From: Lama guanicoe
Lineage: Eukaryota
Direction: 5' to 3'
DNA length: 64,000 nucleotides
Assembly (NCBI GenBank): GCA_013239625.1
Contig: MU054001.1
Coordinates: 5,195,078 to 5,259,077 of the forward strand
The position numbers and the translations under genes were made by a program. The notes below the pieces were generated by a model. The model was not told the origin of the DNA and did not search any database. It saw only the letters and a list, made by a program, of their open reading frames with translations. Of this stretch, positions 36,866 to 48,511 are shown in pieces (the first letter of the stretch is position 1; each line of letters opens with the position of its first letter).

Positions 36866-37745
36866 TCCACATGCTGTCACATGGGGAGCTGTCCGGGGTA
36901 CCCCCAAATCAGGGCACCTTAGTCCATATAACCAGGGGATGAGGGGCCAGAACAAGTCCTTAGCCATGTGGGTGTCTAATCAAATCTCCAGTAGCCCAAG
37001 TCTTGAGGAAATGCTATATGGAAAAGAATAAAGATTTCCGTTGCAATTACAATTTCTTTCGTAAAGAAGTGAACAGTTTGTGGGAGCAAGGAGTATGAAG
37101 CAGAATGAATCATTCAGATAATAGCAATGGATGTTATTTTATGTTTTGAACAGAAGCAAGATTCTTTTCAAGCAATCTCTACTTTGAATCTTGGTTTCTT
37201 TTGTCTTTGGAGGGAACTGGTAGCTCAAGATTGAAGTTCTGGCAACTTGAAACCACTCTTTGGGAATCCTCCTATTCCTCCCATTTCATGGTCATTTTCA
37301 AATATTTTGAGGAACCAAAGGGAATAGATTCCTGCTTAAATGTGTCTCTAGTCCTCTAAACCTAAAGGTCTCCTGTCGACTGAAAAGCACCACAATAGCC
37401 ATGTTTCTATCCAATTAGGAGCCAGAGCTGATAAACTATTTCCTGCCAAGGATAGCAATTCAAGAGAAGTAGAGAGAAAGAGAGAATCTCTTCTTCAAAA
37501 GTATGGAAAAATGGCTTTTAATCAGAGAAGCAGATCTTTCTTTTTATTACTAAGGATAATGTGATATGAGATTCTCCTCCAAACTGCACATAATGAAGGA
37601 ATCATGGGAAAATACTATTATTGTTACTGTAAAATTCTGATGAAAACAGGAGAGTTTGGGAATGTTTTATTTAGTCTGAATTAGTATTTACTTTTTCTCA
37701 AAAGAGAACATTTTCTTTTTATTCAAAGAAATAGCCCTAGTGGAC

Positions 37746-38618
37746 TGTGGTCTGCTGAATGATGGCCCCTTGAATATGTCCAAATCCGAATCTCTGGAAC
37801 TTTAAATGCTGTGATGGTTCATTTATGTGTCAACCAGGTTGCTTGCTCAAACCCTAGTCTAGATGTGGTGAAGGTATTTTTTGGTGTGATTAACATTTAA
37901 ATCAGTAGACTGTGAGTACGTAGACTTTTGACACTTCCTAATATGGTTTGGTCTCCTCCCATCAGTTGCAGGCCTGAAGAAAAAGACTGAGGGCTCTCAA
38001 AGAGGAGGAAATTTTGCCTCCAGACTGTCTTCTGACTCACAACTGGACATCAACTCTTTCCTGAGTCTCAAGTATCACAGCCTAACCTGCAGATTTTGGA
38101 CTTGCCAGTCCCAAAATTGTATGAGCTCAATTCTTTAAAACAATCAATCAGTCAGTCAATCATTTATCTGTCTGCTTATCCATCTACACATCTTATTGAT
38201 TCTGTTTCTCTGGAGAGCTCTGACTAGCACATACAGCAAAGGAGACTGCAGGTGTGATTAAGTTAAACACCTGGAGTTTGAGAGAGCATCCTGGATTGTC
38301 TGGGTAGGCCTGACATAATTATAATGGCCCTTATAAAAGGGATGTAGGAGAAGTCAGAAGCAGAGGTGGTGGGAAGACAGAAGCAGAAATTAGAGTGATG
38401 TGCTTTCAGTATGGAAAAGGGAACCACAAGCCAAGGAGAAGAGGTGTCCATTAGAAGCTAAAATGGCAAGAAGTCAGATTCTCCCCTTATAGCCTCAAGG
38501 AGGAACTGGGCTGCTGACACCTTCGTTTTAGGTCTTTTGACCCCCATAGCTGTAGGAAAATACATCTGTTTTGTTTCAAGTCACTGTGTTTGTGGTAATT
38601 TGTTATAGCACTAATACA
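37746..38618 (+). mobile_element. MaLR solo LTR (MLT1C/D-type) interrupted by an MLT2 LTR
   Basis: TGTGGTCTGCTGAATGATGGCCCC start; CAGGTGTGATTAAGTTAA...TTTGTGGTAATTTGTTATAGCACTAATACA end. Confidence 0.82.
37810..38231 (+). mobile_element. MLT2 (ERVL) solo LTR
   Basis: TGTGATGGTTCATTTATGTGTCAAC start; TTCTGTTTCTCTGGAGAGCTCTGACTAGCACA end. Confidence 0.85.
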
Positions 38619-38689
38619 ACGCTGGATATAGTGACCAAGAACCAGCAAAGAGAACTCACTGGGTATATGAAATTAGAAGTACTTTTAGT

Positions 38690-38812
38690 GGGGAAGGCAT
38701 ACAGCTCAGTGGTAGAGCACCTGCTTAGTGTGCAAGAGGTCCTGGGTTCAGTCACCAATACCTCCATTTAAAAAACAAAAAAGACTAAAACATGTCTTCT
38801 TAAAAAAACTAA
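38690..38812 (+). mobile_element. tRNA-Ala-derived SINE (Vic-1 type)
   Basis: GGGGAAGGCATACAGCTCAGTGGTAGAGCACCTGCTTAGTGTGCAAGAGGTCCTGGGTTCAGTCACCAATACCTCC plus A-rich tail; homologous to 395-470. Confidence 0.85.
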
Positions 38813-39135
38813 ACAAATGCTTTTAGAGCCCTTTTCATTTTCAAATATTTTCAATTATTGCCATTAAGGCTGATAGTCTTACTGTGTAAATAGCTCTCAT
38901 AAATGAATAAATAAATAAAAATCAAACAATATTGACCAGAAATTCACAGAAATGGCAACACCAAATAAAAACCATAAGTTTTTTGGCCTTGTTGACAATA
39001 AGAGACATGCAAAACAAAACAGTGAGACATTATTTCTACTTAACAAATGTCTTGAGTTATAATACTCACTGGGGACAAGGCAGGGGAGAGGCAATACTTA
39101 TAAACATGGCTGGTGGAAGTATAAGTGATATGATC

Positions 39136-39664
39136 TGTTAAAAAATAAAATTCAATTGAGTAAATTTTAAAGATCTTACAGGCTTTATTCAGTGATTTGT
39201 CAATCAGGCAGTATGTAGTCTAGCATATAGGAGGAAGTTCTGAAGAGCTATACACGACAGTTCTGCCATCTCAAAAGGCAAGAGAAAGGCCACAATGTGA
39301 GGGATTGTTAGTTTTTATGGGCTCAGTAACTTCATATGCTAACAAGTGGGAGGATTATTCCATCTACTTTGGGGAAGGGGCTGGGATTCCCAAATACTTT
39401 GGGGAAGGGGCTAGGAATCCCATGACCCACTTTTTAACCATTTATGGTTGGCCTGGGAACTGTCATGGCACCAGTGAGAGTGCATTTACCATGCTAATAC
39501 ATTACAATGAGCATATAATGAAGCTCAAGGTCTACTGGAAGTCAAATCTCCTACCATCTTGGGCCTCAGGATCTACTGGGAGTTGAATCTCCTGCCATCG
39601 TGGTGCTAACTGGTATGTCATTCCTTTAATGGCTGCACCCTGCCCCCTTCCCTCCTGTCTCACA
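39136..39664 (-). mobile_element. ERV1-type solo LTR
   Basis: TG...CA ends, minus-strand AATAAA near 39184, near-TSD GATC/GATG; internal duplication of TACTTTGGGGAAGGGGCT. Confidence 0.7.
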
Positions 39665-40044
39665 GATGTGATGAAGAATACAGATTCTACAAAATTGTTT
39701 CAGAAAAGTTGCTCTGTTTTGTGACAACAACTACAACAAGCAGCAACAACAAAGCCATGGGAGGTAGGAGCATCTGATTTCCAGATTTACCATGTTATAC
39801 TACTCAAAATGTTTGATTATCAACCAGAAGTTGCAAGGCTTACAAAAAAACAAGAAAGTATGGTCCACTAAGAAAAATAAAAGTAATCCAAGAAATTGCC
39901 ACTGATAAAGCCCAGACATTGAACTTATTCCAATCAAAACACAGAAACCAGCAATATGCATTTATAAAGAGTTATCCAACTACAAGCTGTCTATAAGAGA
40001 ATTACTTTAGGTTCAAAGACAAAAATAGATTGAAAGTTAAAGAA

Positions 40045-40458
40045 AACAAGCAAAGAAACAATAAACTCATAGAAAAAGAGATCAGATTTGTGATTACCAG
40101 AGACAAGAGATGGGAAGAGAAGGAATTGGATAAAGTCAATCAAAAGATACAAGTTACTTCTAGTTATAAGATAAATAAATAGTAGGGATGTAATGTACAA
40201 TGTAATTAAGATAATTAACACTGATGTATGTTATATATGAAGTTGTCTAAAAAGAAAATCCTAAAAGTTCTCATCACAAGGAAACATTTTTTTCTTTTTC
40301 TTTTATTTTGTATCTATGTGAGATGATGGATATTCACTAAACTTGCTGTGATAATCATTTCATGATGTATATTAGTCAAATTATTATGCTGCAAATCTTA
40401 GATTTATACAGTGCTGTATGTCAATTATATCTCAGTAAAACTGGAAGAAAAAAGCAAA
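40045..40458 (+). mobile_element. L1 3' end (L1MA-type) nested in the older L1 ORF2
   Basis: 24-bp TSD AAAAATAGATTGAAAGTTAAAGAA at 40021-40044 and 40459-40482; ends TGTCAATTATATCTCAGTAAAACTGGAAGAAAAAA. Confidence 0.85.
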
Positions 40459-40499
40459 AAAAATAGATTGAAAGTTAAAGAATGGAAAAATATATACCA

Positions 40500-40588
40500 C
40501 TTTCACAATGTGTACATATATCATCACACTGTACACTTTAAATGTCTTTTGATTTTATTTGTCAATTATAACTCAGTGAAGCTGAAAA
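40500..40588 (+). mobile_element. Short L1 3' terminus nested in the older L1
   Basis: CATCACACTGTACACTTTAAAT...GTCAATTATAACTCAGTGAAGCTGAAAAAA; near-TSD AAAAATATATACCA / AAAAATATATTCCA. Confidence 0.7.
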
Positions 40589-41886
40589 AAAAATATATTC
40601 CATACAAACAGAAACCAAAAGACAGCTGGGTGGCTATACTAATTTCAGACAAAATAGACCTTAAGAGACAAAGTGTTACAAGTGACAAAGAAGGACATTA
40701 TATAATGATAAATGGATCAATATGTTAAGATGTAATAATTATAAATATACATGCCCCTAACAACAGAGACCCAAAATAGGAAAAATGCAGCATTAAAGGG
40801 AGAAATAGAAAGTTCAACTGTAATAGTCGGAAACATCAATACTCCACTTTCAATAATGAATATAATAGCTAGACAGAAGATCAGCAAGAAAATAGAAGAT
40901 CTGAGCAGCACTATAAACCAACTAGATCAAATAGACACTTACAGAAAACTCTACCTAACAACAGCAGAATATATATTCTCACATGTATATGAAACAGTCT
41001 CCAGGATAGACCAAATGTTAGACCACAAAATGAATCTCAATAAATTTAGAAAGATTGAAATCATAAAAAATGTCTTCTCTAATCACAGTGAAATTAAACT
41101 AAAGATCAAAATAAAAGGTAAGCTGGAAAATTCACAAATATGTGTAAATTAAGCAACACATTTCTAGATCACCAATCAGCCAAAGTCACAAGAGAATTAG
41201 AAAATACTTTGAGAAGAACAAAAATGAAACACAACATACCAAAACTTACGGGATGCAAGAAAAGCAGTTCCAGAGGGAAATTTATAGCTGTAAATGCCTA
41301 CATTCAAAAAGAAAATATCTTAAATTAATATCTTAACCTTCAACCTTAAGAAAGGATAAAAAAGAGCAAATTAAGCCCAAAGGAAAAAGAAAGAAGGAAA
41401 TAAAAATAAGGGCAGAAATTAAAGAAATAGAGTATAGAGAAACAATGGAGAGAATCAATAAAACAAAAAGTTGAATCTTTGAAAAGATCAACACAATAAA
41501 CCAAGCTTTAGCTATATTGACCAAGGGAAAAAAAAAGAAAATTCAAATTACTAAAATTAGGAATAAAAGTGAAGATATTACTTTTTGACTGTACAGGAAT
41601 TAAAAAAGGTTGTAAGAGAATACCATGAATAGTGTATGCCAATGAATTAGATAACTTAGCTGAAATGAACAAATTTCTAGAAACACAAATTATCAAAACT
41701 GACTCCATAAAAAATAAAATATCTGCATATATCTATAATAAATAAAGAGACTAAGCAATAAAAACCTTCCAACAAAAAAAGCCCATATTAAATGTTTAAA
41801 GAAATGTCAGCACCAACCTTTTGCAATTTCTTTCCAAAAATAGAAAAGAAAGGAACACTACCTAACTCATTCTATGAGACCACTAT

Positions 41887-41931
41887 TACCCTGATATCAA
41901 AGCCAGACATACCCTGATATCAAACCAGACA
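41887..41931. repeat. 22-23-bp tandem duplication inside L1 ORF2
   Basis: TACCCTGATATCAAAGCCAGACA / TACCCTGATATCAAACCAGACA. Confidence 0.9.
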
Positions 41932-42951
41932 AAGAAATCATAAGGAAACTACAGACCAATATTCCTATGAATATAGATGCAAAAATCCTCAACAAAATAT
42001 TAGCAAACTGAATCCAGCAGCATACTAAAAGGATTATTCACCATGACCAAGTTGGACTTATACCAGAAATGCAAAAGTGGTTCAACATAAGAAAGTCAAC
42101 CAAGGTAGTACACCACATAAATAAAATGAGGGGAAGAAATCCCACATGATCATCTCAATTTTGCAGAAAAAGCATTTGACAAAATCCAACACTCTTTCAT
42201 GATAAAAACATTCAACAAACTAGGAACAGAGGGAAACTTCCTTGATTTCATAAAGGGCATCTATAAAAAACCCACAGCTAACATCTTATTTAATGGAATC
42301 AATTGAAACCACTTCCCCTAAGATCAGAAACAAGACAAGGATGTTTGCTCTCATCATGTCTGTTCAAATGGTGCCAAAAGTTCTAGCCGGGGCAATTAGG
42401 CAAGAAAAAGAAATAAAATACAACCAAATTGAAAAGGAAGAAGTATATCTATTTCTATTCACAGATGATATAATCTTAAAATAGATAATTCTAAAGAAGC
42501 CACAAAAAATTATTAGAGCTAATAGATGAGTTCAACAATGTTGCAGGATACAAGATCAATATACAAAACTCAGTTGTTTCTCAATACATGAGCAATGAAC
42601 AATATTAAAATGAAATTAATAAAACAGTTATATTTATAATACCATAAAAATAAAATGCTTAGTAATAAATTTAATCAAGAAAGTGCAAGTCTTGTATGCT
42701 GAAAACTATAGAACATTGTTGAAAGAAATTAAAGAAGACCTATCTAGAATCTACAGATTCAATGCAATTCTTATCAAATTTCTAATTGTCATTTTTGTGG
42801 GAATGGACAAATTGATCCTAAATTCACATGGAAATGCAAAAGGACCCAGAATAGCCAAAAATTCTCATGAAAAAAAGAACAAAGATGGAGGGCTCATGCT
42901 TCCTGATTTGAAAATTTACTATGAAGCTACGGTAATCAAAACAGTGTACTC

Positions 42952-43289
42952 TTGTGGAGTCTGAAAAAAAAAAAAAGATAGATGAACTTATCTACAAAAC
43001 AGAAACAGACCCACAGACAGGAAACAAACATATGGTTACCAGGAGGGAAGGGGGTGGGAAGGGATAAATTGGGAAATAGAGATTTGCAGGTACTAACTAC
43101 TATATATAAAATAGATAAACAACAAGTTTCTTCTATATCGCACAGGAAACAATATTCCCTATCTTGTAGTAACCTATAATGAAAGAGAATATGAAAATGA
43201 GAATATATGTATATGTTTGAACCATTATGTTGTCCACCAGAAACTGACACAACATTGTAAAATGACTAGACTTCAATTTAAAAAGTGAA
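42952..43289 (+). mobile_element. Young L1 3'UTR insertion nested in the older L1
   Basis: 15-bp TSD CAAAACAGTGTACTC at 42937-42951 and 43290-43304. Confidence 0.92.
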
Positions 43290-45111
43290 CAAAACAGTGT
43301 ACTCAGACGTAAGTATAAACATATATATCAATAAAATAGAATTGAGATCCCAGAAATAAACCCATACATCTACAAGAGTGCCAAGACAATTTACTGAGGA
43401 AAGGGAAGTCTTTTCAACAAGCAATGTTGGGAGGACTGGATATCTACATGAAAAGATTGAATCTGCCCCTTATTTCATGTTATATACACAGATGAACTCA
43501 AAATGGATGGAAAAATATAAATTTAAGAGGTAAAACTATAAAACTATTTGAAGGAAACATAGGTGTAAATCTTTGCAACCTTGGATTAAGCAAAAATTTC
43601 TTAAATATGACACTGAAAATGCAGGCAGCCAAAGAAACAGTAAATAATTTGGACTTCATAAAAAACAAACTTTGTGCATCAAAGACACAGTTTAAAAAAG
43701 TGAAAGACAACTCATAGGATGGGAGAAAATATTTGCAAATTGTATATTTGACAAAGATCTAGTATTCAGAATATATGAAGAGCTCTTTCAACAGCAAAAG
43801 GACAAACAACTCAGTTGAAAAATGGGCAAATGGACTTGACTAGAAATGAAAAATGGACTTGAATAGACATTTCTCCAAGAAAGATATACAGTGGCTAACA
43901 AACACATGAAAAGATACTTAATATCATTAGCCATTAGGGGAATGCAAGTCAAAATCTCAAGGTGATACCACTCCATATGCACTAGGAAAGCTATAATCCC
44001 ATAAATGGAAAACAGTAAGTGTTGGCAAGGATGTGGAGAAATTGGACCACTCATAGGTTGCTGGTGGGAATGTAAAACAGTGCAGCCATCTTGGAAGACA
44101 GTTTGGCAGTTTCTCAAAAGGTTAAACACAGAGTTACCAAATGACTCAGCAGTTCTACTCCTAGCTGTATACCAAAGAGAATTGAAAACATATCCACACA
44201 AACACTTGCACACAGATGTTCACAGCAGCATTATTCATAATAACCCCCAAATGGCAATAATCTAAATGTTCATTAACTGATGAATGCATACACAAAACGT
44301 GGTATATCTATATAATGAAATATCTATATAATGAAATGAATATATAATGAAATATCAATAAAATAAAATCAAAGAACTGACACATGCTACAACACGGATG
44401 AACCTTGAAGACATTATGCTAAGTGAAAGATGTCAGTCATAAAAGAGCACCTATTGTATGTTTTCATTTACATAAAATGTCCAGAATAGACAAATCCATA
44501 GAAACAGAGAGTAGATTTGTGGTTTCCAGGGGATGGGGAAGGGAGGAATGGGGCATGACTGCTTAATGGATATGGAATTTGCTTCCTAGGTTTTGAAAAT
44601 GTTCTGAAATTACACAGAGGTGATGGTTGCAAAAGGTACTAAAAACAAATGAATTGTACACTAAAATTATTAAATTTGCAAAATTTATGTTCTATGAATT
44701 GTATCTCAATAAAAATTATGTAAATAGTAAATGTATACAACTGCCACTTAAAAACATTAAATAAATGTGAAAGAAAACTCTATAGTGATCCAGGAAATAC
44801 CCTATTTAACAAAATTACAGATGTCAGTTCCCAATTATGTAAAAAAACAAATATGAGTGTGTGTGTGTGTAAGCAAGAAAAAAATCAAAAGAAATTTTGC
44901 TAAAATATTAATGATAATTATCTCTGGGAGTTAATTTATATTTTTTCTTCCTTATAGCTTACCTACTTATCTGTAGAAGAACTGAGCTGGGGTGCCTGAC
45001 ACACAGTATGCCTCCCTAAAACCCAAGTTGTGTCATGATTATATTTGGAGTACGTGGGTATACAGCTTGTTTTAGTATGAGTTAACGCTATTGTTTTTCT
45101 TCTTCCTGCAG

Positions 45112-45280
45112 CAAAAAAATAGAATGTGGCTTCCCTTCACCTCCAGGCAGATCATGCCCGATTTGCCCTCCACGAAAAGAGGAATATGCCCCTTTACACA
45201 CACGCCGTTAAAATAATTGGTTGCTGATGTTTTCGGTTCTGAGTTTAATGGGCCACCAAGTTCTAATGTGAATGAACCAG
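45112..45280 (+). other. Candidate non-coding exon
   Basis: Branch-like TTAAC (45082-45086), polypyrimidine tract + CAG acceptor (TTGTTTTTCTTCTTCCTGCAG), CAG|GTGAGA donor; stop codons in all three frames. Confidence 0.3.
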
Positions 45281-46699
45281 GTGAGAGAGGAAGTGTCTTT
45301 GAAAATAGTGAGGAAGAAAGCAGGGGCTCCATCGCAACCTCCACAAAGGCATTCATACAACCCAGCCTTGGGAGCACAGCAGCAGAGAACCGGCTTGGAG
45401 CAACCACGATGGCTAAGATGGTGGACTTCTCCAGAGGAATTCTCCAGTGCTTGAAATTTAAAGTGCCTGTGATGTGTTGGGGCATGGTGAGACCCCAGTA
45501 CATTTGCACACCCAGGGGTGAGGAGAAAGGAGATGTACATTTGCCCCTCAAGCTGGGCAATTGAAAGGAAGGCAATGTTATGTCAATTTTGTTTGTTTGT
45601 TTGTTTTGCTTGTGTTTCATTCTCATTTATCACAAAGCTTTTCCAGTTATGAATTTTTACCAATTCACTTATGAATTAAGACTGTATTACCAAATTATTA
45701 CAATTTTTCAAATTTTATCAATTCTCTGTGAAGATGTTTTGCTAGAGTGGAGTCCAATGCATTCCTAACATGATCCACAGATCATCAACATTAGAGGGGG
45801 TGGTTCTTGGAGACCCACAAACATTTCTTAGTAGTTTATTTATTTTACTATGCACATATATACATACTATTTACATTAGTTTTCTTCTTATGAGAGTGTT
45901 ATGAAGATTCCTTTGTAAATTAATGTATTTAAGTATAATGGATCAATTAAAGGTAAAAGTATTAGGTGAACAATGGGACAAGTAGCTGTAGGATGCAGTA
46001 AAAATTGTGCCATGATTAAGGTTTGGGAAATCTCATTGCAGGCAAGAGCAATCCACCATGCGTGTTGATAAATGAGTGTCAAAATCTTTTCTCAGTCTTC
46101 TTTGGGGCCATGCAGAAACAGAATAACAAACTAAAGCACTTCTTCTTTAAAATTTCCTCCACTTTGCAGCCATCTCTTTACAGTTTTTTTTCCCTCTCTT
46201 TGCCATGTGGTAGCAAAGTTCTTTCTTACATTCCACCCTATCCAACCACCTGTCTCTCCAGTGAATTTCTTATGAAGATGCGTATTACCCTAAAGAATGT
46301 TCTTGCCCAGCCCAGCTCCCAAATGCACTCCCTCAGAGCAGCCCCTGCTTCCTGAGCGGAGCCTGGGTGGAGAGCTGGCTCAGAGCTTTCAATTCAGCCC
46401 CCTGGGTTCCATTTTATACAATTTTATCTAAAGATTTCATTAGGAAAATTAAAATAATTTACCTAGCATGTGCAAATTGGCACCAATTTAGATATGGGAG
46501 AATGTAACTTCTGGAAAATATCTGATTTTTACACATTATGGTTTTAATTAGAAATGTTAATGAAACACATATGCTAACCTGAAGCAGTTGATGGAAAAAA
46601 ATGGTATTTGTAAAGGATAAGTGATGCGGTGTGCTGTCATGTGACTTGGCACAGATGTCAATATCCTGGCAAAAAGCTCGTGTTTGGTGGCAAATATGT

Positions 46700-46870
46700 C
46701 AGGCTGGAGTTTGCATATATGAGTTCTAGTCCCATCTTTGCTGACTGTCTGGCTCTAGGCAAATAAATCACGTCCCCAATCTGGCCTTGGTTTCCTCATT
46801 TGTAAATCAGTGGAGCCGTGATCACCTCCATGTGATGGTTGAGACATTCAAATGAGAAATCTTCCATTGT
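46700..46870 (+). mobile_element. MIR relic
   Basis: GAGTTCTAGTCCCATCTTTGC...GGCCTTGGTTTCCTCATTTGTAAA. Confidence 0.7.
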
Positions 46871-47624
46871 TTTGCAAAGTCTAAGATGTTCTCTGGATCA
46901 CCCTCCTTCCTGGGGCTCAGCTCACAGGTCGTGAGAACAGATGAAGGGTTTGCATCCTCCAGCTCCAAATGGAAAGGCAAATAACTCACAGCAGGGCAGA
47001 GGATTCCAAATATTAGGAGCCTTCTTGTGTTTGTTGCTCCTCTCCAGTGCTTGGCAATAATGTAAGGCAAATATCAGGAACCCACGGGGGAATTAATGTT
47101 GAAGAAAAAATTCCCGGTGTGCTCTGGTGTAATTAAGCAATAATATTAATGTCCTCCTGTTGAAATCAGCTAACAGGGGACACAGACCACCAATTCAATG
47201 ACAGCGAAGGTGCCAAAGTTTATTTGTTCTTCCTGAGGTTTATCCATACTTTATGTTTTATGTCATTCTGCTTGTGTCAGAAAAACAGAAAAATGCGTGT
47301 ATGTGTCTCTATTGCTCTACCAGTCTATAATTTCCTTGAGGGAAGGTGCCAGGTCATGTTCGCCTCTGCTTCCCTCTAGAAACCGACCAGAATCCTGACA
47401 TGTGATTGGTCTTCCCCAAACTCAGGGAGGCTGAGCATCTCCCAACACCTATTCTGGGAAGTCCTTACTGTGGACTAAATTTGTACACGTCTGTTGATTG
47501 AAAAGAATCCTATGGTTTTTCTAATTCTGAATGAAATAAATATTCAATTCGTTAATAATATGCTGCAGGAGTCCCTGGCAAGGGGATTTTCCAGAGTAGT
47601 ACCTGGGGCCTGGGGGAATTCACT

Positions 47625-48270
47625 CATGTGATCATTCATTCAACAAATATTTACAGAGAATCTTTTATGTGCCAGGCAATGTCCTGGATGCAGGGGCTAC
47701 AGTAATAAACAAGGTTGTCAGGGTCCCAGCTCTTAGGAAGGTTATATTCCTAGAGAGGAAAGAGAAAGCAAAAAATAGACCCAAGGTGATACATGTGATT
47801 ACAGACACCAAAGAGGGGCAAACGGTGCCCAGGAAAGGCTTGTCTAAGGAAGAAACCTGAATAAAGTGAAAAAAGGAACCACAGAAAGATCTAGGGGAGA
47901 ATACTTCCAGGTAAAGGGAGAGTGCCCCATATCAGGGAATGAGGACGAGTTTCACATGGACTAAGAACAGAGAAAGAACAAGTCTGCTAGAACACAAATA
48001 GGGGAAGAGTGGCAGAAGATAAATTCAGAGAGACACATGTTGTCACATCATAGGGCTGTATGGGCTGCAGTACAGAGTGTGGAGCTGGATTGTATCCCAA
48101 GAGGAATGGCTGCAGGGAGTGATCAATCTGATTCACCCCTTTAGAAGATATCTCTGACCACTGTGTGGTGAAATGACCATGTAGGGCATGAGTGGAGGCA
48201 GGCAGTTGGCTTGGGAGGCTGGTGGAGGAGGGAAATGATGGATGGACTGCTGGACCAGATGGTGGAGGTT
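47625..48270 (-). mobile_element. L2 relic
   Basis: CATTCATTCAACAAATATTTAC...TATGTGCCAGGC start, L2 body motifs downstream. Confidence 0.8.
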
Positions 48271-48511
48271 AAGATGGAGGTACGAGACTATGAAGAAGAT
48301 TCCTGTCCCAGAGAGGTTGGACCAGATGCCTTCCACGATCCCTTCCAATCCTAGGTTGTTACAGTTGTAAGACTGTATAATTTCAAGTTCAGGGTCTCAC
48401 TCTCCAAGGTTGGGCCTGATTGTTTATCTGACCATGTTTTAGAGCAGAGTGGTACAGGGACAAAACCTCGTGACACTTCTTAATCTCTAACCTCAAAACC
48501 AGAGTCTCTTG

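Larger units (their letters stand above)
39730..44720 (+). mobile_element. Old long L1 (L1MB-type): ORF1 scrap, degenerate ORF2 (EN, RT, C-terminus) and 3'UTR
   Basis: ORF track peptides VAILISDKIDL..GHYIMINGSI, IVGNINTPLS, SRIDQML, VLAGAIRQEKEIK...LFTDDIIL, KCWQGCGEIGPLIGCWWECK; many frameshifts. Confidence 0.92.

Noticed and set aside
40411..44265. Endonuclease/RT-like ORFs as a functional gene
   Set aside because: Fragments of a heavily frameshifted old L1 ORF2 interrupted by other insertions.
45072..45626. 184-aa minus-strand ORF, the longest in the track
   Set aside because: Begins in a (TTTG)n-derived low-complexity stretch and has no recognisable protein features; only the plus-strand exon-like signal was kept.
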